From NCBI GenBank assembly GCA_001792115.1, contig MGFX01000001.1, positions 5,847 through 69,846 of the forward strand: a stretch of DNA of 64,000 nt. Reading direction: 5' to 3'. Below are positions 9,771 to 18,300 of this stretch, piece by piece; within the stretch, counting starts at the first letter, position 1, and the number at the start of each line of letters is the position of its first letter. A program made the translations under genes and the position numbers. Source of the DNA: Candidatus Woesebacteria bacterium RBG_16_42_24. Lineage in GTDB: Bacteria; Patescibacteriota; Microgenomatia; UBA8517. Below the pieces are notes generated by a model. It saw only the letters and a list, made by a program, of their open reading frames with translations. It searched no databases and had not been told where the DNA came from.

Positions 9771-11338
9771 TTGAGCTGGCGAGTAATATAATTTGATATT
9801 AAGTATGTGGGCAAGATTGAAATGACAATTAGAAGAGCAGATATCAAGAAAGTGAGTTCAATCGAACGTCCGGCGGCAGCCAGAACCGAGTAAGCGGGCT
9901 TGCCTGTAAAGATCATCCCCACCGTCACCTCGTCTATATCCTTTAAAGGCTGATATGAAGCGAAATATTGTCGATTAAGGAGCGTAGTCAAAAGGGTTTT
10001 CTTCCCTCCTTTGGCAAGAACCTCACCCAAAACCTCTTTATTTGTTTCCTTAATCCCAATTGGCCGCCCTTTCCCTGATAAATCTGTAATCGTTGCGGCA
10101 GAAAGTGTATCTCCCCCAAAAACTGCCGCCTCAAGGCCCGTTGCCTTTTTGACCCCATCCATAAAAGCATTGTCTATTGATATACCAACCAGAACCGCCC
10201 CGATGATACCCTTTTCATCCTTAATGGGTACTGCCGCTCGCAGCAAAACTTCAGGGGCAAAAGCTCCGTCCTTTGTTATTATCGAAGTGTGTTCCTCTCC
10301 CAAAAGCGACCTTTTGGCCAACGAGTCGTCCGATAAGGAATCCCCCGTTCTCTCCCTCTCCTCTCCTCGAGCGACAACCTTGCCATCTGCATCCAAAATA
10401 ATTACGGAGCTTACTTTATTATCAAGGAGCGTCTCTTCGGCAAGCCCCGCAAGCACGGCTTTATCATCTGCCGCAATTGCGCTACCCGATAGTTGGTTTT
10501 GTGATAGTGTCAGGGCAATCGATTTTGCCTCGGAGGCTTTGGCGTCAAGAGCAAAGGATAAAATAGAGGCGTCTGTTTCGAGCCCGGATAGGGTTTCGTC
10601 CTGCATATTTTTTAGAAGTAAGAAGGTAAAAGAAACCGCGGTCAAGAGAAAAATGGCAAGTATCGTGCTCGTGAGGATAATAAAAAGCTGGGTATTTATG
10701 CGCTTAAGTAAGTAAGAAAATGCCCACCCAAAAAGGATAACAAAGGCAAAAGCCGCTATTAAGTGCTCTATTATCCAAAGTATCCCGAATGGTGCAACGA
10801 TTTCATAAATGTCGATGTTTGAAGTCCCCACAAAAAGGCCGCGCAGGGCAAGTAACTCATAAATAGCCAAGACGAAAAATCCTAGGCTGACCCTTTTTAA
10901 ATGGTGCTCCAAACCAATTGCTACTTTTCTTAAATAAAGCCAGCCGACGCCTGCCGCAAGAACCGGCTGGGCCAAAGAAGCTATCGGCAAAAACCAGAGA
11001 GATTTTGCCTCTTTGGCTCCTTTCGGGGCTAGTTGGGTATCCTCTACCAGAAGACCTATGGCAACAAGTATATAGCCCAATGTCCTCAAGAAGGTTACGA
11101 GAACGGCATTGAGATCACTCGAAAGTACAGAGCTTTCGAGGAGGGTCGCCTCGAGTTGGGTGGCGTGGAGTAAGAAAGAAAGAGATAGGAGCAAAAATCC
11201 TGCCACCTTGAGGCCATCTTTCAGATTTTTCTTTGGCCGCCAGACGTCAAAATAGAGCCAAAAAATAGAAAACAGCGAGAGTGCCCCAAACGCATTTAGG
11301 GCAAAGTGAAAATTTTCAAAAATAAAAGGCTTCCACAT
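9767..11338 (-). CDS. 7TM membrane sensor-domain protein (no kinase output), translationally coupled to the histidine kinase
   Basis: About seven N-terminal TM helices, then a soluble domain with a terminal TM (LTFLISALLIVISILPTYLI). The stop overlaps the HK start (ATGA). Confidence 0.55.
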   Translation of the reverse strand: MWKPFIFENFHFALNAFGALSLFSIFWLYFDVWRPKKNLKDGLKVAGFLLLSLSFLLHATQLEATLLESSVLSSDLNAVLVTFLRTLGYILVAIGLLVEDTQLAPKGAKEAKSLWFLPIASLAQPVLAAGVGWLYLRKVAIGLEHHLKRVSLGFFVLAIYELLALRGLFVGTSNIDIYEIVAPFGILWIIEHLIAAFAFVILFGWAFSYLLKRINTQLFIILTSTILAIFLLTAVSFTFLLLKNMQDETLSGLETDASILSFALDAKASEAKSIALTLSQNQLSGSAIAADDKAVLAGLAEETLLDNKVSSVIILDADGKVVARGEERERTGDSLSDDSLAKRSLLGEEHTSIITKDGAFAPEVLLRAAVPIKDEKGIIGAVLVGISIDNAFMDGVKKATGLEAAVFGGDTLSAATITDLSGKGRPIGIKETNKEVLGEVLAKGGKKTLLTTLLNRQYFASYQPLKDIDEVTVGMIFTGKPAYSVLAAAGRSIELTFLISALLIVISILPTYLISNYITRQLK

Positions 11339-11388
11339 GGTGTTAACTTAAAACTCAAATGTCAAAACTCAAAAGTATATCTAAAAAC

Positions 11389-11790
11389 TCAAAACCTTCT
11401 GTTTTTTAAAGTTATAATGCTCGATCCGAGCATCTTTGAAATCTCGTCAACTTCTCTTAATAGAGAATCGACTTTTACTTTGTCAAGGGAAGTTGTATCA
11501 CGAAGGAGATTCAACCAATAATTAGTTTCGTTGGCCGATTTTAAAGCTATCTCGTAGAACTTTATGAAATCCTTTCGAGAACTCGATGCCTTTGCCTCAA
11601 TTACGTTTGCACCGATTGAAGTAGCACATCTTAAAAGTTGATCTGAAATAATCCTATTAGATCTTTTAGTGGGCAGGGAATCAATAAAAGTGATTATATT
11701 TATTGAAAACTGGTAGCTACGGTGTCTTAAATCAGTTTTAAGATTTGAGTTCAAATTTTGAACTTTGAGTTTTGAGTTTTGAGATTCCAT
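11389..11790 (-). CDS. Four-helix-bundle protein (23S rRNA IVS protein family), copy 2. The true start is probably downstream of the repeat-encoded N-terminus.
   Basis: ..LLRCATSIGANVIEAKASSSRKDFIKFYEIALKSANETNYWLNLL.. typical of TIGR02436. The N-terminal MESQNSKLKVQNLNSNLKT is encoded by (TTTGAGTTTTGAG)n repeats. Flanked by inverted arrays: AAAACTCAAA x3 at 11340-11388 and TTTGAGTTTT x3 at 11745-11790. Confidence 0.7.
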   Translation of the reverse strand: MESQNSKLKVQNLNSNLKTDLRHRSYQFSINIITFIDSLPTKRSNRIISDQLLRCATSIGANVIEAKASSSRKDFIKFYEIALKSANETNYWLNLLRDTTSLDKVKVDSLLREVDEISKMLGSSIITLKNRRF

Positions 11791-11794
11791 ATAT

Positions 11795-13987
11795 TCAGTC
11801 TAGCAAATTATCGACCAACTCGTCTTTAGTTAAAAATCCAACCGCAACCTTTTGAACCACCCCTTTTCTATCGAGAAAAACGTGGCTCGGGAAATGTCTG
11901 ATTCCCAAATCCTGAATCAAAAGCCCGTCAGGGTCGGCCACAATATTTAGCTTGTAACCTCCCCTTTTCTTAAATGTTTCTATCTTACTTCTCCCCTCTT
12001 GTTCGGCTACAGCATAGACATTAACACTCTCATAATCTTGGGAAAATGCTTCAAGTGCTCCAATCTGATCTGAAGTTGTAGGCACCCACGTTGAAACAAA
12101 ACTTATGACCGTGGGTTTGCCTAAGATTGAAATATTAGAAACTGTCGTCTCTTGTGTTTCTAGAACAAAATCGGGTAAGACACTCCCTACAGCTTTATTA
12201 TCACCCAAAAGTTCTGTAGTTAGCTGGCTCGTCTCAAACTCGTCAACCCTACTTCTGAAATCTGGTAAACCAATAAATAATCCGCCCAGGGAAATTCCCA
12301 AGCTTTTTTCCAGAACGAAATTTTGATTCACTGGAGTTGGCTTATTAAGCTCAAAGATACTGCTTCTTACACCCTTAAATCCCGAGGCGCTTACGTCTAG
12401 GTAATATTTGCCAGAAGGCAAAATGAGTTTGTAGGCGCCGTCGGCGTCAGTCTTTTGGGGATTTTCCTGACCAAAAGCTTCCCCATCCCAAAGTAAAAAC
12501 TTACCGAGAGTCGGCTCATATATAAATACCGAAACTACTGCCTCAACTTGGTAATCACCTGAAGCCATAACTTTCCCGGCAGGTAGAGAAATGATAGTTG
12601 CCAGTTTTTCTTCGGTAATATTTTGCGCTCCATCTACCGACTTTGTGGTGAGGAAAAAAGTTCCCTCTTTGGCAAAGCTTAGTACCCCTTTCCAAAATCC
12701 GGATTCTACATTCTTAACCATTGAAAATAGCTGCGAATCAGAAAATAAATCAAGAGAAACGGGCCCCCCGGAGGCGGAAAGGGTAACAGAAGTATCCAGG
12801 CCCGTTATGGTTTTAATGACCCCGGAAGAATCGGGAGTCAGAATCATCGGGCCAAGCGAAAAAAGGGCACCGCCGACTTGCGGCGGAAGTCTATCTATAA
12901 TTAGGGTGTATTCTTTGGAGGTAACTTTATTGCCGCTGGGGTCCGTCGCCCTTACTTTAATTTTGTAATTACCGTCGTCGATAATTTCCGGTGTAAACTC
13001 AAAGGTTGTTGATTTTGCTCCGATTGCCCCAAAATCGTCAACTGGAAGCCAGTTTCTTCCACCATCGATAGAATATTCAACTTGAGTTACCCCAACGTCA
13101 TCGCTAGCCTTACCGCTGATTGTGGGAGACTGGCTAAATACTCCCGACAAATCGGTCGTTATAGAAACTGCAGGCAGGCTTGTGTCTGTAGCAGTTTTTG
13201 TTACCGTAGTTGTGGTCGTGGTTGTGGTGGTAACTGTAGTCGAGGCTTTTGATGATACAAAAGTATTATCATTTGTTTCCGTCGAATTACCATCTGCATC
13301 CGCGCTTTGAATACTATAATGGTATGTTGTGTTTGAAGAAAGACCTGTCACCTCAACGCTGTGTGAGGTAACGAGAGTTGAATCACTTTTAGTCGAACCG
13401 TAGCTTGCAGTTGTTCCATAATTAACGACTGAAGTTGCAGCCTCATCGGTAGTCCAGGTTATTTTAACCGACGTTTGTGATACATCGGTAATTGTAAGGC
13501 TGGAAATTGTTGGGGGGTTAACATCGGCAGGAGTAGAAGATATTGCAACAGAAAAGCTTCCTGTACATGTTGTAGGGTTGCTTCCGTCAGAAGAATCTGA
13601 AGCTTGAACAGTCCAGGAAGCAGCAGCAACAGCACTACTCCCCGTGGATACGCTCACATTAAAATCTTTAGTCGAGCTTCCTGGAAAATTACCGGAGGTA
13701 AAGCGAATTACAGTTCCTGAATCAATGGTTGCGGTCATACCATCGGCAGATCCATCAGTTATAGTAAAATTTGATGAAGGTGCTGTGAACTTTAGCCAGA
13801 CAATTGCATTGGAGTCGTTATTGTTTAAAGTAAACGTCAGGTTGGGCGAGGCATTTATTAATACCGTCGTAGGATCAACTTCTCCATCGCAAGATGAAAT
13901 TGCAGCTTTTGATACTTTAGAAGCGAAATTAAAAATAACCAAGACAAGGACAAGTAATAAGCACGCGAATAACCTCAACTTGGGCAT
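11795..13987 (-). CDS. Secreted multidomain protein: signal peptide, fibronectin-III-like domain, poly-Thr linker, Ig-like/CarboxypepD-like domains, and a C-terminal TlpA/redoxin-like domain that has lost both CXXC cysteines
   Basis: N-terminal signal MPKLRLFACLLLVLVLVIF. FN3-like PPTISSLTITDVSQTSVKITWTTDEAATSVVNYGTT...TTYHYSIQSADADGN. TTTTTTTTTVTKT linker. C-terminal GKPTVISFVSTWVPTTSDQ aligns with the TlpA motif GKPVLLNFWATWCPPCR, with Cys replaced by Val and Thr. Confidence 0.7.
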   Translation of the reverse strand: MPKLRLFACLLLVLVLVIFNFASKVSKAAISSCDGEVDPTTVLINASPNLTFTLNNNDSNAIVWLKFTAPSSNFTITDGSADGMTATIDSGTVIRFTSGNFPGSSTKDFNVSVSTGSSAVAAASWTVQASDSSDGSNPTTCTGSFSVAISSTPADVNPPTISSLTITDVSQTSVKITWTTDEAATSVVNYGTTASYGSTKSDSTLVTSHSVEVTGLSSNTTYHYSIQSADADGNSTETNDNTFVSSKASTTVTTTTTTTTTVTKTATDTSLPAVSITTDLSGVFSQSPTISGKASDDVGVTQVEYSIDGGRNWLPVDDFGAIGAKSTTFEFTPEIIDDGNYKIKVRATDPSGNKVTSKEYTLIIDRLPPQVGGALFSLGPMILTPDSSGVIKTITGLDTSVTLSASGGPVSLDLFSDSQLFSMVKNVESGFWKGVLSFAKEGTFFLTTKSVDGAQNITEEKLATIISLPAGKVMASGDYQVEAVVSVFIYEPTLGKFLLWDGEAFGQENPQKTDADGAYKLILPSGKYYLDVSASGFKGVRSSIFELNKPTPVNQNFVLEKSLGISLGGLFIGLPDFRSRVDEFETSQLTTELLGDNKAVGSVLPDFVLETQETTVSNISILGKPTVISFVSTWVPTTSDQIGALEAFSQDYESVNVYAVAEQEGRSKIETFKKRGGYKLNIVADPDGLLIQDLGIRHFPSHVFLDRKGVVQKVAVGFLTKDELVDNLLD

Positions 13988-14586
13988 TAAGATAATAATA
14001 CACCGCTACCTTCCCTTGTTTCTAGGACGAAGCTATACGAAAACCACCAGTAAATAAACAGCCACCCTAAAACTGCCAATGTAGAGCCGTAATCGTGGAA
14101 AATTATTGCTACGTTTTGGCCAAAATAGAAAGCAATAATGACAACAAACGCAATTCTGCCGAGGTTAACTAAAAAAGTTCCCAAAAAACCAATAAGCCAG
14201 GCTTTTACTTTTGACAAATTTGTGTATCTGTCGCCCTGCAACCCTATCCAGGAGGTTAGTACAAAAAACAAAAGGCTCTGCCAACCGACACAATTCCAAG
14301 CAATTTCAATTAGAAATGGTTGCTCCTTACCAATTGCAAGATACTCCCCTACCACTGCCGGCTGAAAACCGAAGGGATACAGAATCACCCCAACCATCCT
14401 AATTTCCCAGGGAACAACATAATTTTGGATAAATTTATAAGCATCAAGATTCATTACAACTCTTGTTAAAATGTCATTAAATGTCGTCACAAAAGGCATA
14501 AACATCAAAACAAAAACCAAGATCAAAAATATATATATAAATGTCTTTTTTTGGAAAATAAATTTTTTACTTGAGACTATAGTCAT
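13987..14586 (-). CDS. Minimal exosortase/archaeosortase-family protein (core domain, ~6 TM)
   Basis: 199-aa polytopic membrane protein with a conserved Cys in AWNCVGWQSL (compare exosortase ACSGxRSL) and an N-x-x-R-I motif (VNLGRIAFV). Overlaps upstream and downstream genes by 1-4 nt. Confidence 0.5.
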   Translation of the reverse strand: MTIVSSKKFIFQKKTFIYIFLILVFVLMFMPFVTTFNDILTRVVMNLDAYKFIQNYVVPWEIRMVGVILYPFGFQPAVVGEYLAIGKEQPFLIEIAWNCVGWQSLLFFVLTSWIGLQGDRYTNLSKVKAWLIGFLGTFLVNLGRIAFVVIIAFYFGQNVAIIFHDYGSTLAVLGWLFIYWWFSYSFVLETREGSGVLLS

Positions 14587-15353
14587 TCTTTTATAATGCT
14601 GAGATTATTGACTTTCGGATTCACCAAAATTTGAGAATTTACAACTATCGGTCTGCTTTCCGGATTGATTGTGTTATTTAGTTGTCCGTTCAAATATATA
14701 TTAATTAACATGGGTTCTGATAGAAAATCCCACTGAATCTCAAGATTATAACTTTTCCCAAAATAATCTTCGCCAAGGTTGCCATTAGAATCATTTGCAA
14801 CGTGTCCTCCGATATCGTTGTAAAAATCACACGTTATTTCATTGCCCGTTCCTGCTATAATGAGTGCGTTTTTCTGGTCAGTACCGTTAAAGTTAGCAAC
14901 AAGTAGTGTTTCTTCTTCATTCTCTCCAATCCAATCAGGAACAAAACTAAAAGAAATCTTACCCTTCTGAATATCCAGATTCCCTTTGTCATACGGCGTG
15001 AGTTTAGATAAATCACTGGGGACAAAAAACTGGTAATTGGGATTAGGGATAGGGCCTGCGGCTGGAGTCTCAACTTTACTTGTCGGAGTGGGAGGAATAG
15101 AATCCTTTTCTTGTTTATCTTGCAAGGCTATTTCGGTATCCTCAAAATCCCTACTATCCAGTCCAGTTGTATCACCTTCCTCCACACCTTGTCGAACATT
15201 AGCTTCTTCTTCAACTTCTCCTAATACTTCTGGTGCTTCTCGACTGTCTATTTCTTCTTTTCCTTCTTCCTTAAAAGTTAAAATCAGAACAAACAATATT
15301 GTTAGCCCCAAAACTAGAAAAATCCAGCGTCTCTTATTTAATCTTAGAAACAT
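14583..15353 (-). CDS. Membrane-anchored hypothetical protein (N-terminal TM, acidic linker, beta-rich C-terminal domain)
   Basis: 256-aa ORF starting 2 nt after the giant gene stop. The giant gene's terminal AGGAGGG provides its RBS. The N-terminal helix is WIFLVLGLTILFVLILTF. Confidence 0.6.
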   Translation of the reverse strand: MFLRLNKRRWIFLVLGLTILFVLILTFKEEGKEEIDSREAPEVLGEVEEEANVRQGVEEGDTTGLDSRDFEDTEIALQDKQEKDSIPPTPTSKVETPAAGPIPNPNYQFFVPSDLSKLTPYDKGNLDIQKGKISFSFVPDWIGENEEETLLVANFNGTDQKNALIIAGTGNEITCDFYNDIGGHVANDSNGNLGEDYFGKSYNLEIQWDFLSEPMLINIYLNGQLNNTINPESRPIVVNSQILVNPKVNNLSIIKE

Positions 15354-15354
15354 A

Positions 15355-18300
15355 TTACCCTCCTTTTTTCTTCTTTTTATTTAAAAACGATAAATATTTT
15401 GAAATAACAGGCAATGCCAACAAAAGAATCAGCGTTTTCTCGGGTACTACGGCAAATTCAAAATTAGTCCCTTCCCTCAATACCACGCCTATTTGTGAAC
15501 TTCCCGCACCACTTAAGGGACCGGAAATCTGCCCCAAATGATCTGCGCTACCGCTCCATCCCCAATCACTTTCACTCCCCCAGAAAATAGTTGTCGCGTC
15601 AGTTGATTTTAGATATGCCTTCTCATTAGTATCCTTGATTACGCTCGCGTAAAGATCTGAATTTGACGAATCGTAAGTGATTGTAGCCGAGGTAATATTT
15701 GTTTGGCTTGTCCACGGATCTGGCTCATCCGTCCAAGTAGGAAGGCAGTCCGCCGTGTCACAATCCGCAAAATAAACAGGGGGCTGGCTGGATTCCAAAG
15801 CATCATAATAAACAAGCTTGCAGTTCGTCGAGGATGGACAAGCAAGAGCAGATCTGGTCGGTGGATTTTCCAAATCAATAACGCTTCCAGAGGCACAAGC
15901 CGCACTATCGCAGTCGAAAAAATATTGATCTTCAGGGGAGGCTGTATTTCCTACATAAACTCCCTTACAATCATTTGCTCCATTACTACAATCAAGATCA
16001 ACGCCAAATGTAGTTAAACCTCCCGCAGTATCATCAATTTTGGTTATGGTATAATTGGCAGACGTGCAAGTTGCATCTCCGCAATCTACAAAATTAAATT
16101 CAAGCTGGCTTCCGTCCGCATAGATTAATTTGCAGTCAGTTGCCCCCGGAGTACAATCAATTGCGTTGGGAACATTAACTGAGGTTCCTCCAACATCCGT
16201 ATCGATATCAAGCTCGGTTCTGGAAGCACAAGTCGTAGAGGCGGTGCAGTCAATCAATGTAAGATCTCCCTCAACTGCGTCATGGTAGAGTATTTTGCAA
16301 TCATCTGCCGCAGGGCACCAAATAGAGTTTTTTGCATTTGAATTTGTTGTATTAATATTTAAAGAAATAGCAGTTAAAGCATCTCTCGTCGAACAGTTCG
16401 CATTTGAGCAGTCAGCAAACCATAAATCGTCAGTATCGTCTTCAAAAAAAACAACTTTGCAGTCAGTATCCCCCATACAATATAAAGAAGTGTTAGGCTT
16501 AGAAGTACTACCTCCCAAATCTCCATTGATATCCCCCTGGCTCGGAGCAGAACAAGTTTCATCATTACAATCTATAAGACTCACATCAGGACTATTTCCT
16601 CCTAAAAGATCCCCGTGTGCGATCTTACAATTGTTAGAAGTTACGCAAAATAAGGCTGGTGAAGGGGCATTAGTTGCGCTTCCTGTATCGGAATCTATGA
16701 CCCTTGGAGTACCGGAGCCAAAAGTCGAACAGTTTTCATCATCGCAGTCGACAAACACAAGATCAGGCCCAGCAGTTTCTAGGTTATCCACATAAACCAC
16801 TTTACAATTAGCCGGATCAGAAGTTGGACACCAAATATCCATTTCTGTATCTTGTTCGTCTCCGGATGAACCTGTGTCTGAGTCTATTAAAAACTCTGCA
16901 ATGTCTGCGGTACAACAGGAATAAAGTCTTGTATTTTGGTTAGTCGAAGTGTCAACGCTTAACGCCCAAATATTTGTACCGTCAGTAGTTACCGAGTAAA
17001 TAGTGTCTGTAACTGAACCAATGGTTTGATTATTCCTTCTCCATTCATCTCTCGAAGCATCATACTTGGCAAATGAAAGGTCTGTTCCGTCCTGAAACAC
17101 AACGGCAGCACTGGTTGCATCAAGTCCAACCAAGACCGGCCTATCTCCCGAAGTTAAACCAGCCCCTTGTGTTCCAAAGGTTACATTCCCAGTAACAACT
17201 GAGGTTGTGTTTCCGCTGCAAGACCCATCTAGACCCGCAATCTCAAAAGCGTTTATCTCAGCATCTCCACCGGTTGTATCCGAATAGGCGATGAGAACGC
17301 TAGTATCTGAAAACTGGGCAACTGAAGTCATAAACGTATTTCCAATAGCCCCAGCCTCTATGCTGGTCTGGCAAAGGGTTCCCTGTGCATCAGAACTTGC
17401 AGTATCAATTCGACGCCCTTCTGACCTATCTGCTCCATCATCTATCCACCAAACATGGATTATATTGTTGGAAACAGCTATTGAGGGATTATAATTATCT
17501 GTATCTCCGTCATCCACAGTAACCGCCGGATCCCAAGACAGCCCGTCTGAAGATTTCTTAAAAAAGATTCTTCCCCCCGTTGAGGCAGTACACGTTACTG
17601 CGTCGCAGTTATAAAATGCGTACCAGTTTCCATTTACATAGGCTACTTTCCTTTGCAGCCCGCCGTACTGAACTTCCCCTTCCTCTATTCCTCCAGAAAC
17701 TATTACCGAAGGATCGATTGAAATTGGGAAAACTCGCTCTTTCGCCGAAAGCCATGAGCCAAAATTTTGGCCAAAACTTTTTATAAGTCTATAGCCTATT
17801 TTGTCTTTCTCTAAACTAAAATCAATATCGTAGCTCACCTCGCCCATTGCATCTTTGGCAAAGGGTTGGGAAAACTTAAACAATTCCTCCCCTTCTTTAC
17901 TATAAAATCCAAAAGCTTCTGAATTTGGCGATACTATTTTTACGTCTGTGGTTTTCACAGATTGTATTATCGAAGCAGATGAGGAAAGTGAAGAGGAATC
18001 CTTTAATATAAATTCTTCAATCAATACATTACCTGCAATAGAATATTTTAAATCAACACCCTCAATTACTTCCTCATAAACAACTTCTTTATTTGAATAT
18101 ATTTTTGATTCCGAGGGAAAAGCTTTCTTGCCACCAATAGATAAAGTCTCAAATTCTACTTCACGACCATCGGCCTTAATTCTTACTCTGGGCTCTTTAT
18201 GGAATATAAACTCTATCTGTTTACCGCTCTTGGCGGTTTTAACAATCGCTCTTGGCGTGTCAATCTGGCGTGTAGAAGCATTTTTTAAAATTGTCTCTTT

